The position numbers were made by a program, and so were the translations under genes. Shown piece by piece: positions 50,192 to 63,182 of a stretch of 64,000 nucleotides of DNA; the first letter of the stretch is position 1; each line of letters opens with the position of its first letter. A model generated the notes under the pieces. It made no database searches. It was not told where the DNA came from and saw only the letters and a list, made by a program, of their open reading frames with translations. Source of the DNA: Eledone cirrhosa (Eukaryota); the NCBI GenBank assembly GCA_964016885.1, contig OZ024754.1, forward strand, positions 17,856,001 to 17,920,000, written 5' to 3'.

Positions 50192-50382
50192 CTTGGCTGA
50201 AGAAAGATGTTTTTCAAACTCAGCGATGGTTTCATTTTTAGACATTAGTTGCTGGTTCATTTCTGCAACTAGTTGTTCTTTCTCACTCAGAATGTTATCA
50301 TACTTGCTCATGCTACTACGTTGAGCGTGATGAAGTTCCTCACACTTAGTTTCAGATAAAGTTAATTCTTGGGAGTGGGAAT
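50192..50382 (-). CDS. NUMA1: NuMA-like gene exon
   Basis: Acceptor ctttgtatag|AT, donor AAG|gtaaat. 191 nt, phase 1/0. SHSQELTLSETKCEELHHAQRSSMSKYD...SSAK. Confidence 0.88.
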
Positions 50383-50837
50383 CTATACAAAGAGAAGGAA
50401 TACATAAATGACATTTGTAATAATAATAATAATGGTTTCTGATTGAGGCACAAAGTCAACAATTTTAGTGGGAGGGGAAAGTTGATTAAATCGACTTCAG
50501 TACATTACTGGTGCTTTATTTTATTGACCCCCCCCCCCCCCCCATAAGGATGAAAAGCTAAGCTAACCTTGGCGGGATTTAATTCAGAATGTAAAGGGAC
50601 ATAATACAAAATATATTTTTAGTGAGTAAATAGTAAAAGCAACTATTGAAATCAAGTATGCTGGCCTCAGTTGATCTTTTTGATAACTGGCTAGCCTAAG
50701 TTGATCTATCTGACAACTGGCTTACCTCAGTTGATCTGTCTGACAACTGGCTAGCCTCATGACTGAGCTAAACTCTTGTTAATTTTCTTTCAACTGCTTT
50801 ATATCACATTGTAAAGAAATTATATCATTATATTTAC

Positions 50838-53800
50838 CTTCCAAAACCTTTATCTGTTCAACCAATGATTTACATTTGGTAATCTCTTCTTCATAGTCAC
50901 TTTGCATTTTAACCACTTCTTGCTTGAAAGCCTTCATTTCCTCATCTTTTTCATTGAGATGTTGGGTCAGTTCTCTCTTGATTTCGTTGCATTCCCGTTC
51001 AGCTTTTACTGTCATCTCTGCAATTTGTTCCTGAAGACATTCAATTTGTCTGTTTTGGCTTTCCATTTTGTTACAAACTTCTGCGACTTGTTTTTGGTAG
51101 GTTTTCACTGATGTCTCGTACTGTTCATTGACTTTGTCAGAAGCAGCAACAACCAAATCATACTCAGCCCGTTGTTTTGAATACTCTTTTTCCTTTTGGT
51201 TTAGCTTAGCTTGGACATCTTCAAAATCAGATTTTATCACATAATTAGTAGCAATATTTTCTTCAAATTCAATAATTTTTTCATTAATGAAAACCTTGTG
51301 CTCTTCATTAAGATACTCAAGCTTCTCATTATACAGATTTTTCTGTTCTTCAAGTGCTGCAGCAAGCTTTTCCTGTTCACACTGAAATGTTTGTCGAGGT
51401 ACAAAATCAGCAGCTATTTTCTCTTCATAATTCAAAGAAACTTGAGCCAGTGTATCTTCATGTTCTTTAATCACTAACTGTAATCTATCTTCTTTTTCAA
51501 CATTTCTTTCTTCAAGTTGTGTATATTTTATGGCTTCATTCGTTAACTTAGCTTCACAAACTTCTTTGGGGATATAGTTTGCAGAGATATTTTCTTGAAA
51601 TTCTACCATTACTTTTTGCAATGCTTCTCTATGTTCTTCATCTTGGCATTTTATTTTTAATTCACATTCTTCAAGTTTATCTTTCATTTGTACAACCTCT
51701 TGGATATGTTTTTTATTTTGTTCATTCAACTCTCCAACTGCAATATAATCCGTAGACAATCGGTTCTCAAAGTCATCAGTGACAGATTTTAATTTATTTT
51801 CGTATTCTTCAATAAGGCAGCAACTCTTCTGGTTGTATTCTTCATGTAATGTCTTTCTTGTGCTTTCCAATTCTTCTGAATGTTCTTGGTTTTGTCTTTC
51901 CACCAAAGACTTAGATATATAGTCTTCGCTTATCTTAAGGTCATACTCACTTGTAATAGAACTGATCCGCTCTTCGTATTCCTTTTTAAAGTTGTCTTGC
52001 ACAGTTTTGATATCAGAAAGATGTTTCTGAGAGATTTCTAAGACATTCTGCTGTAATTCTTCAACAGTAGAAGAAATTTCATCAAGCTTAGCATCTTTCT
52101 CATTGATGATGTCTGATTTTTCTTCTAACTCCCTTTTCAACAAACCAGCCTCGGTGTCTTTCTCAGAAATGCTCTCTTTCAAGTTAGAAACAATAGTTGT
52201 TAGCTCATTATTTGAATTCAGATATTTCCCGACAAGTGAAGATTTCTCTTCTAAACAGTTCGACAATTCACAGATTCTGTTCTCTTTTTCACAAAGTTTT
52301 ACATTGATTTCTTTAACATTCTCCAGATGACTCTCCTCCAGTTGTGAAGTGTAGCTTTTCTTTAGTTCTTCAAAGTCATCTTTTAGTTTTGTCTCTTGCT
52401 CAATGACACTTTGTTTCATAATTTCTAGTTCAGATTTTAAACTAGTTACAATCTCTTCCGAATTTCCAGTTTCCAGTTCTAATTTTTCTAAAATGTTCTG
52501 TTTTTCCTGTGTAAGTTCTTCAACCTGTTCTATCAGCTCCGTTTTAACAGTTCTATTTTCTTCAAGCTCGGATTTTACTATTTCATGCTCTTTTCTAACA
52601 TAATCAAGCTGTATTTTAAACTCTTTTTCATTATCTAACAGTTGGTTTTCTAAGGCAGCTTTGCTTACTTCCAATATCTGTTTGGCAGTTACATGACTTT
52701 CAAGTTCTTTTTCTTGTTCCTCTAACTTCCCTTGCAATTCTTTATGTTCCAAGACAATGACTTCAAATTGATTTTTCAAAGTCATATTAGACTCCTCGCT
52801 AATTTTCAACTGACTATCAAAGTTCTGCTTCATCTCCTTAAGATGTACTGATTGGGAGGTAACCTGTTTCTCTAAACATTCATGTTCGTTTGAAGTTTGT
52901 TCAACACAATCATAGATTTTCTGATTCAAGAAGCTGATCATACCATTGAGGTCAGTTGGTATCTCAATATTTTCTGTTGAAATATTAGCTTTAGTCACTT
53001 GAATAATGTTTTCAGAAAAGTTCTGCAGAGAAGATCTGGATTCCTCCAGAAGAAGATGCTTCTCTTCAAGTTGTTGGTTTAAGTTGATAATCTCCTGTGA
53101 CAAAGCCTGCCGGGTATTTCCCAATTCATTTAAATGTTTCTCTTCCAAAGCCAGTTTACCAGCAGTCATGTTGGAAAGCTTCGTTTCAAAATCAATACAT
53201 TCAGTCTCTTTCAAAGTGAGCTGACTCTGTGTTTTGGTACAGTTGTTGTTCAGAATAACATTCTGTTCTTGCAAGCATTTATACAGATTTTGGAGCTGGC
53301 TTAATTGTTCCTGGAGAGATTCATTATCTTCAGACAGTTTCATTATTTCAGTTTTGGAGTCTTCAAGTTTATCAGTTAAAATTTGAAGTTTGCTATTCAA
53401 TTCAGAATTGTCTTCTATTGAAGACCGAAGCTGCTCTGATAATTTCTCTTGCACAGCTTTATTGGCCTCTAAAAGCTTGCTGTTCTCCTGTGCCAAACAG
53501 TTGAGCTTCGCTTCAAATTCCTCCTTTTCAAGGTTATTTTTTTCCATCCAATGCTGAGACTCAGCAATTGCTTCAGCAAGTTTATTTTCAACATCTTGTA
53601 TTTTTGCATGTAGCTGTGTCTTTTCATTGTTACTTTTACTCAGTTTATCATTAAGCTTTGCTGTGTTTTGTTTCATTCCCGCTATTGTTTCTTCTAAACC
53701 TTTTAATTCTACTTGAAGTGTTGTATTCTCTTGATTGTTAGTGCTTACATGGGATTCTAATTTTGTAATTTTACGTTCTAATTCAAACTTTATTGATTTA

Positions 53801-54231
53801 TGCGATTCAATTTGGGAATCAAAATCTTTGGTCTTCTCGCGTATCTTACTCTGTAAGCTATTTACTTCTTGTTCATACTTCTCAATATCAGTTTTTAAAA
53901 TAACAAGCTCCTGTTTAGCTTCTTCTCGTTGAGAAACCAATAATTCCTCTGCACTCTCTCGCAGTCTTTGGTCAACCCCAAGCTGACGTTCTAGCTCTCG
54001 TTTTTCCAACAAACTATTTTCATAATCTGACACCATCTTCTGTTGTTCAGCAGAAAATTCCTCTTTTGTTGATTCCAGTTGAATACGTAGACTTTTAGCT
54101 GATTCTTCCAGAGTAGTTTTTTCAGTGATGAATTTCTGTTCCAGAGATTTTTTGTCAGATTTCAGAGAATCCATTGACATAATCAATGTCTGGCGCCTGT
54201 TTTCATTGCATTGTGTATCTGATTCGAGTTT
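50838..54231 (-). CDS. NUMA1: NuMA-like gene, giant 3394-nt coiled-coil exon
   Basis: Uninterrupted ORF 50779-54243. Acceptor ttttttcag|AAA CTC GAA, donor GAA G|gtaaat (phase 1, matches next exon). Confidence 0.92.
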
Positions 54232-54369
54232 CTGAAAAAACAAAAGAGATATCTTAGAACAATGAAATTAAGAGTTAACATTAACCCATTAGCATTTAAA
54301 CTGGCCATATCCAGCCAAAATTCTCCCACCTCTTTCTGTTCAAACTGGCCATATATGGCCATTCATATT

Positions 54370-55107
54370 TATAACGGTGGCGAAGATTCGAAACCGAATC
54401 TGAGCTTTCCCACCTCTGGGACAAGCCGTGGTAAGTTGTTTACACCCGGCAGACCAACCCCCTGGGAGATGTTAAACACAGGTCAGATGTTGTTTATGCC
54501 TGGCAAAAAAAGAGGTCAGATATATCCATTCTTCTAAGTTATTTACGCCTGGCAGACCAACCCCTTGGGAGATTCTAACCAAAGGTCAGAGGATATATCT
54601 ATCCTTCTAACTTCAACCGTTATAAATACAGAGGTTGTTTACGCCTCGGCAGAAAAAAGTGTTACCACAGACATTTCACCTACTCTGTCAAATCTCCCTT
54701 CACGAAAAACGTCTGTCCACTATTTCTCACACGAATCACGTCTGAGTGATTACTACTACTGCTAAAACACGAAAGTATACTAATACGTACACACGCACAC
54801 ACAGTAAGTTCACACTGCTTGCATTTTTATACGTACCATTTCTGTCACATTGTATCTTTCAGATACAATTCAAATTATCTTATAATCGTATTCTGTGATA
54901 CTTGTATTTACGTGGCTCAAAGAGCCACCAAATTATTGTACGAATATTTCATGTTATAAATTTTATCATTCAATATTCAAATTAAATATTGTTATAATGA
55001 AATAAACTTTGTAACAACACAAGCCTCGTATTATTCTTTGCATTGAAACCATCATACCAACAATTCCATCTATTCACTTATCCGATACAACTGGAATATT
55101 CGTTACA
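54370..55107 (+). mobile_element. Solo LTR of a different family, inserted into a piggyBac MITE
   Basis: Termini TATAACG (likely mutated TGTAACG) and CGTTACA with a 4-bp TSD TATT. Contains TATAAATA at 54621 and AATAAA near 55001. Splits a MITE copy into two halves. Confidence 0.7.
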
Positions 55108-56174
55108 TATTTATGTTAAGGCATTTTTCTCAAAATAAATAATATCAAAATCTCATAGATTCAATATGTGAAATAAAGTGTTTACTATGAAAATACAATA
55201 GTAAATAGAGAGGAATGGAAATGGTAAAGAGTTAAACAGTTGGCAGCTGTGACTACTTTACTACAGAGCAACAGGATCAAACTTTACTATATACTTAATC
55301 TTTACTCTTAGACAAGATACACAACTGTATGCTTGTTTAAAAAACTTGGGACTACTCTATAGTAAAAATACAATACTGGCTTTAGCAAGGCATATTAGAA
55401 GGGACCTATTAGTTATTGGATACAATGTTAGAAAGGATCTATTAAACACTGAATACAAGAATGGACCTATAAGACACTGGATACAAATATTTGTGGAACC
55501 AGTGAATATAATGCTTGTAGAGAAACATTAACTGCTGCTGCTACTACTCCTACTCCTACATTCATCCACTCCTTTGTGGTGACATGATAAAACCTTTCCA
55601 TCTCATACAATCCAACATTAACTGCCTCAGTTCTTCACTGGACAATTCTCTATCTTCGTCAATGACTCTCTTTAATGTCTTGAGAGATCTTCTGTGTTTC
55701 ACAAGTTTCTCTGAGAAGTAGAAAATCTCTCAGAGAAACATTAGATGTGAAAAACTTAAAGAAAATAAATCAAAATCCTATTTCTTTTACCAAAATATTT
55801 TACATGTTTTTAATAATGTCTCATTCTATTAGACCCTTCCTAAAAACTAACCTTCTCCTAAAGTTACCCATTTCCCGCCCACCCACCCCACCATTGCTAT
55901 ACGGTCCAATCATAACTCAGCGGCTTATAGTAAGTTCTCTAACAAATCAGTATAGCAAAGCTACCACCTCGGTTACTACTCCTTAAGTTTAGACCTGTTT
56001 GATGGGTGGACTGCAGAATTTGGAAAGTCTAAATACTCAATGACAATGTCACAGATAAAGATAAATTCACCTCCCGCTGCAGGACGAGAATACAAGAACC
56101 CCTCTTTATTTCAGACATGGATGACCAACATAATTCCGTCTCCCACACCCCTCCCTGCCCCTCCAACCCATCCA

Positions 56175-59100
56175 TCCCACCCTCCCAACTTCAGAGTTGG
56201 TACCATGAACGTAGACACATTGAAAGGTCGCTCAAACGAGGATGTAGAGATGCTTGAATGTAAAGAAGTTGATGTTTGTTGTGTTCAAGAGACTAGGTGG
56301 AGAGGGGGGGTCTGCCAGATTCATCGTAGGTAAAAAACGCTGCTATAAACTTTTCTGAAATGACAATGGACTGGGTGGAGTAGGAATTATGTTAGCTGAA
56401 AAATGGGTAGATAAGGTAATTGACGTAAATAGAGTGAATGACAGAATAATTAAAATAAGACTAGTTCTAAATAGAACTACTGTGACAATAATATCTGCTT
56501 ATGCACCCCAATCTGGTCTACCTGACGTTATAAAGGACAGGTTCTATGAGACGCTAATGTACACTACCTCCCAAATAATCGACAGCGACTACTTAATTAT
56601 TGCTGGCGACCTAAACGGTCACATTGGACAACATAGTGATGGCTATGATGGAATCCATGGAGGATATGGGGTTGGAAATTAAAATGAGGAGGGCTTCAGA
56701 ATCCTGGAATACTGTGACGCTAATAACCTAACTATCTGTAACACAAACTTCAAAAAACAAGAAAACCACTTGATCACTTATAGATCAGGGGAACACGCCA
56801 GCCAGAAAGATTATATCCTTACTAGAAGGCGTAACAAAGTGTCTGTTGTAAACACTAGATCCCTCTCCCGTGAAGAATGCACCTCCCAACATAGCCTAGT
56901 AGTTAGTAACCTCATAGTCAGGAATAGACGCACTCAACGACAGAGGAGGCCTACCTTGAGGAGAAGAATATGGAAGTTGAAGGACCCCATAGCCAGTGAC
57001 AAATTTAAAAGCTTATTACTTGATGCCTTTGACAATAAGGAAGAGCAATTAGAGACGTGCAATATAGAGGAACAGTGGCAATTCTTGAAAGTAAGCTTGC
57101 TGAAAGCAACGAATGAAATCTGTGGCTGGAGCAGACCTATAGGCAGGAGGAGAGTAACTTAGTGGTGGAACAGTAAGGTGGAGGAGACAATCAATGCCAA
57201 AAAGCAGACTTGGAAAGTATGGCAGGATGGGGGAAGTAGAGAACACTATCAAGTGACCAGGAGAGAAGCTAGGAGACAAGTGTACCTTGCAAAAAGGGAA
57301 GCAGAGGATAGAAAGTTCAAGCATGTTCTACAACATGAGGACCAAAAACATGAGGTGTTCAGGATTGCAAGACAATGTGTCAAGGAAAACCGTGATATTG
57401 TCGGGGAGAAGTGTGTCTGTAATGATAACGGTGTACTTGCCCTCACTGATACTGATAAGAAGATAGCTTGGAAGTGTCACTACAAGAGACTTGTAGTGAC
57501 CCCTAGCAGTGAAATCCAGAAGTAACGATAGTTACATCTCTTGGGGACTGTAGTGACCCCTAGCGTCGAGAACTCAGAAGTAATGAGAGTTGCGTCCCCA
57601 TGGGGACTATATATTGAGACAGCGAGAGATCTCTTCCTCTCTTACACGGCCAGTCGTCCGGGAATCAAGATGCAACTCTGCCTTCTCCGACTTTTAGTTC
57701 ACCTACTCCAGTGAACATGTTAAGAGCAACTCTCTCACTACTATGGTCGCAGACTACTAACAGCCTCATGAACCAACTACACAGATAACATCAACAACTT
57801 TCGTGACTTATTGGTAATATGTTTATTGTTCTATTTTGACCTCAATGAAGTAAACCTTTGTACAAAAAGTAACTCGGCTATTCTTATTCTTTCAACAACT
57901 GTTATATTATCTGTACTAATACCATTCTTCTAAAGTGGTGACCCCAGCCGTGGGAACTAATTATTCCTTTAAAAAAAAAAAAAATTTTGAAAAAAAAAAA
58001 TTAATAGAAAACACGCTTTTTGATTCTGATATGGCTTCATTTACAGATCACATAAGGAAGAGAAAACTGAACTTTTTGTTAAGAACAATTATGTAAATAT
58101 TTTTTTTTCTTTCTTCCCTTGCTCAAATTTGTAAAGATGTCAAGATAGCGGCTTTCTTCTTCATCATTTTTTTTTGGCGCGAAACTGTGCGCCATGTTCG
58201 TTTTTGTTTTAGGTTCGCTGTAAATGTATTGTTAATGCCATCGTTTGATTAGTCGCACCCTTACACATTATTTTGGATGCATTTGTTTTCCTGTCCGGTT
58301 GTTTGACAGAAAAAAAACAAGTGGATTTATTTTCTTTTTCCCTCGTGTTCGAAGTATTTGTTTTTACGGAGACGCATTTTGGCCGCTTACTGAGATTGCA
58401 CCAATGGCATCACGTTCTATTCTCCCTACTTACACGGGCGACGTGAAGTTATGGTTCGCTCAAATGGAAGCATTTTTCGAGGCTAACAACATCGCCGAGG
58501 GACAGCAACGTCCCCTCATCAGTTAATGCTTTTCCTCCGGCACTTCTCCCAATTATTAAGGATCTTGTATTGGAGACACCGACTGACGCTACTTACCAGT
58601 CGTTGAAGGCTGAGATACTCGGCCGGACTGCACAGTCCGCCGAGGAACGCTTTAGAGCATTTGGAGCATATCAAGGATGGCACTCCATCGAACCTCTTAG
58701 GTCGGATGAAAGACCTAACAGAGGGGTCGGCAGCAGAAACTGCGTTGTCGAAACAGTTGTTTTTCTCAGGCTACCAACCAGTGTTCGAGCAATTTTGGCC
58801 CCCATTAGGGATACATGTTCTGTGGACAAACTGGCCACCTTTGCGGACAAAGTTTTTGAGGTCACGGGTGCTGAAGGCAGCAAGGCCCTTGCCGATGTTT
58901 CTCACCCAGCTCAGGCCAACAATGCAGACAGCGCAGTTATAATGGCTATGCAGAAAGCGCAGCTATAATGGCTATGCAGAAAGCCGTTCTGGAACTCACC
59001 CTGGAGCTACAGAAGCTGAAGGTCTCTAGTGGTGCTCGCGCAGCCGCGGTAGATCTTACTCTTCCAGATACTGCCCAAAGTCCCCAGCTTCATCTTTATG

Positions 59101-62098
59101 CTGGTACCACGAGCGTTTTGCTGAGCAGGCGAACCACTGTGTGCAGCCTTGTTCGTTTGTGAAGTCGAGAAACACCAGAGAGGTTCGCTGAGGGCGGCAG
59201 TTGACCTCAGCATAAAGCTCCTAAACTGCCACTTCTTCATCAAGGACCTTATGTCTGGAAGAGGCTTCCTCATGGATACAGGAGCCTCCTGTAGTATTTG
59301 GCCGGTCTATTGCCTAAAGGATACACCCGTGGAGTCATTCGTTACTCTGCAGGCCGTTAACCACTTGCCTATAAAGACGTACAGACAAATCTAGCTTCCC
59401 TCAAATTCCAAAATCTTTGTAGGGATTTTAAATGGGTTTTTACGGTCGCTGACTTGCCATACCCAATCTTAGGAGCGGATTTCCTCCACAATTTCTCCTT
59501 GACTGTGGTCGTCCGTGGCCAACGTATCGTGGATGACATCACCAGTTTTTCAATTCGTGGCCGAAAAGCCAATGCTCCCACGATCAGCCCAATATTCTTC
59601 ATTGCTGCCGCTGGAGACGCCTACCATTCGTTGTTAGGATTGTTCCCGGAACTCACCGATGGAAATTTTCGAGTTACCGAGCCAACTCACTCAACCGAAC
59701 ACTTTATTTCCACCACCGGTGTTCCAGTATTTTCACGTCCACGTCGTTTACCGGCGGACAAGTTAAAGGCAGCATGGTCCGAGTTCGACCATATGCTGCA
59801 GCTGGTCATTATTCGCCCATCTACGAGTCCTTGGGCTTCACTGTTACATATGGTGCCCAAGACTTCTGGCGACTGGAGACCCACTGGGGATTATAGGAGA
59901 TTAAACGCGATGACAGTCCCGGATAGATATCCGATTCCCCACCTCCAGAATTTTGCATCCTCATTGCAGGGTTGTAAGATGTTCTCCAAACTCAATTTAG
60001 TACGAGCTTACCACCAAATTCCGGTCAGGAAGGAAGACATTCCGAAAACAGGTATTTTGACCATGCCTTTTAGACTCAGGAATGCCGCTAGCACTTTTCA
60101 GCGGTTCATAGACGAGGTCACTCGTGGTCTGGACTTTGTTTATGTATATATAGATGATCTTCTCGTCACTATTTCCTCCTCAGAAGAGCATATGCGTCAC
60201 CTGAACCTTTTATTTTGCCGACTCCAGGATTACCGCGTTCGAGTGAATCCCGCAAAGTGTGTTTTCGGATCCGCTTCACTGAATTTTTTAGGTCACATCA
60301 TCGACGCCGAGGGTATTCGACCCCTTCTGCAGCGAGTTAAGGCTATACAGGATTTACCTCCGCCTACTACACTTCACCAGCTGCGTCACTTCCTAGGCCT
60401 AATCAATTTTTATAGACGTTTCGTTCCTCAATGTGCAAGGATCACTACAGACTATTAAATGAGAAGAATAAATGGGAAAAAGATAGTCTGCCCTAAATCG
60501 ATCCAATAGAAGGACCAGCGGTGCAAGTTAAAGGTAATATAATAAGTAAGGCAATCAAAGCTATGAAGACAGGCAAGGCAGCTGGGCCTTCAGAGATAGT
60601 TGCTGAGATGTTGAAGGCATCTGGAATGGTGAGACATACTATGGTCATCCGTATAGTTAACCAAGTAATACAGAAAGGGGTCATACCAAAAGACTGGCGT
60701 AGCAGCATCATCGTTAATTGCTACAAAGGCAAAGGAGACGCTCTAGATAGAGAAAACTTTAGAGGCATTAAGTTAGTTGACCAGGTCATGAAGGTCACAG
60801 AAAGAGTTATAGCACAACTTATCAGAGAGCAAATTGATCTAGATGAAATGCAGTTTGGGTTTGTGTCAGGTAAAAGTACCACAGATGCTCTTTTCCTCGT
60901 ACGACAACTACAGGAGAAGTACCTAGCTAAAAGTAAGCCCCTCTAGTTAGCTTTTGCTGAACTGGAGAAAGCCTTTGACAGAGTCCTCCACTCCATTATC
61001 TGGTGGGCTCTTAGAAAACTAGGTGTAGATGAATGGCTTGTGAGAGCTATACAATCTATGTATAAAGAAACAGTCAGCAAGGTTAGAATTAACAATGAAT
61101 ATTGTGAAGAATTTAGTGTAAAAGTTGGTGTTCATCAAGGCTCTGTCCTTAACCCCCTCATATTTATTATTCCCCTTTAGGCTATAACAGAGGAGTTTAA
61201 GACCGGCTGCCCATGGGAACTCCTATACGCAGATGATCTAACTCTCATAGCTGAATCTATAGCTGAATTAGAGAAGAAATTCCAAACATGGAAGCATGGC
61301 CTAGAATCAAAAGGCCTTAAAGTTAACTTGTCTAAGACTAAAGTTTTAGTTTGCAGAATACATAAAAGATGTAGTGGGATCACAGGTAAACTATCTAAGA
61401 ACGTAGATTTTTTGTGTGGCCGATGCTCAGGTGCAATAAGTAGCAAGTGCCCACAGGATACTAGCTCCTTCTATTGCCCAGATGGTTCTATAGAAATAGT
61501 GGACACCTTCCGTTACCTGGGTGACAAAACCAGCAGTGGTGGAGCGTGCTCTGAAAGTACAGTAGCCAGAGTCAGAACGGGATGGAAAAAGTTCAGAGAG
61601 CTTATACCACTGTTGGCCACAAAAGGTTTCTCTCTAAAAATGAAAAGCAGATTATATGATGCCTGTATACGAACAGCAATGCTACATGGCAGTGAGACAT
61701 GGGCATTGTGTGCAGGGGATCTGCGTAGACTGGAAAGGAACGAAGCATGCATGCTCCGTTGGATGTGAAATAAATAGTAATATACGTGAACTGCAAAGCA
61801 TAAATGAACTATGTGAGAAATCAAGAATAAGAGGGATGAGATGCTGTTTACTTGAGAGAAGGCTACGTTGGTATGGCCACGTGATGCGCATGAAAGACAA
61901 CAACTGTATAAAAAAGTGCAGGACGATCAAAATTGATGGTAGTTACGTAGTAGGCAGACCCAGAAAAACCTGGGACGATTTGATAAATTCCGACCTTACA
62001 CACTTGCACCTTTCTAAGACAATGTCACTGGACCGAGATCTTTGGTGCTACGCAGTAATACAGAAGACCCGCCTTGCCTATGTACAAAGTGAAACCTA
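56175..62098 (+). mobile_element. Near full-length decayed RTE-clade LINE (APE plus RT) with a nested Gypsy insertion
   Basis: APE motifs GTMNV..CVQETRW, SAYAPQ and AGDLNGH. RT motifs KAAGPSEI, QFGFVSGKST and LLYADD. The reading YKRL|LNEKN is split by the LTR element. Confidence 0.92.
57492..60450 (+). mobile_element. Gypsy LTR retrotransposon, 3'-truncated, nested in the RTE LINE
   Basis: 5' LTR 57492-57934, PBS TGGTGACCCC (tRNA-Trp-like) at 57936, gag, protease (FLMDTGAS) and RT (YIDD). 4-bp TSD GACT on both sides. Confidence 0.92.
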
Positions 62099-62199
62099 GT
62101 CAGTAGGCACCTCTTAACCAAATATACACCCCAATCCACTACCCCTACCCTACCCCCCCCTCCCACTAACACCTCCCTCTCTCTGTAAAGTTGGTACCA

Positions 62200-62497
62200 C
62201 AACATCCAGTCCAAATAAATGAGATAATGAGATCGAGATTGTGTAGGTGTCACAACAAAAAAACACACAGTCCACGCTGTAATGTGGCCGTATAGGTAAC
62301 ACGGTAAAAAGTTTCCAGTTCCACACTGTAAATGTGGTTGGTGTTAGGAAGGGCATCCAGCCGTAAATAACCTGCCCGATAGTCCTATATGAGCGAGACA
62401 CGGTCACCCAACCAACCTTGCCTCAAGTGGGACAACTCCCGTCTAACACATGCTAGCGTGGAAGATGGACGTTAAACGATGATGTTGATGATGATGA
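62200..62497 (+). mobile_element. SINE body/tail fragment
   Basis: gtggttggtgttaggaagggcatccagccgta...gctagcgtggaagatggacgttaaacgatgatg. Homologous to ~25240-25395 and ~17190-17270. Confidence 0.7.
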
Positions 62498-62553
62498 ATT
62501 GAAAAACTGAGAAATAAAATAGTTTTTATTAAAAATTCCCCAAATTCACTCAC

Positions 62554-62850
62554 CATATTGGTCAATCTCAATTCTGTGCTTACAGTAGAAAGTTCTTTTT
62601 CTATCTGAGCAATCCTTGACTGGTTTTGTTGAAGCTCTGATTTGTGTTTGGCTTCAGTCTGTTGCCAATTAGATTCCTTTGTATGAAGACATTCCAGATC
62701 TTCCTTCAGTTTTTCAATACTGTGTTGTTTATCCAAGAGTTGGCGCTGTATATTATCCTGTTCAATTTCCAGTTTTTCCATCTCACTCTTCAGCAAGTCA
62801 TTGTTGGACTGCAGACTCATAGATTCTTCACACGACTTCAACAATTTAGA
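62554..62850 (-). CDS. NUMA1: NuMA-like gene, coiled-coil exon
   Basis: Acceptor ttattttag|TCT, donor ATG|gtgagt. 297 nt, phase 0/0, E/K/Q/L-rich heptads. Confidence 0.85.
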
Positions 62851-63018
62851 CTAAAATAAAATTAAAATATAAAAAAATAACACACATTTTTGATACACAC
62901 TCATACATGCCAGAAAATACCAATCCATCACTACTGACAGTGGGATGGCTTGGAGCTAAACAACAAAAACTGGACACAATTTCAACAACCAAAAGAAAAT
63001 CTTCAGAAAGAATCTTAC

Positions 63019-63182
63019 TTCTAAAATATCTCGCTCAGATGTAACTTTAGAAAGATCAATCTTTAACTGTTCATGAATATCTGGAGCAAACCATGTTGTC
63101 TTGATATCTTCTAATTCTGTTTTTAATTCATTCCTTAAACAGTCAGTTACAACATCCATAGTTTCTCCATTTAGTTGTTTTT
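63019..63182 (-). CDS. NUMA1: NuMA-like gene, first exon visible in the window (internal exon; upstream exons lie outside)
   Basis: Acceptor ttttcag|AA, donor GAA|gtaaga. 164 nt, open frame KQLNGETMDVVTDCLRNELKTELEDIK...DILE. Ends in phase 0, matching the next exon. Confidence 0.75.

Noticed and set aside
55590-55712. Exon-like segment on minus (KLVKHRRSLK...LRQLMLDCMRWK)
   Set aside because: Its splice phases do not fit the flanking phase-0 exons, and it resembles a LINE C-terminal remnant.
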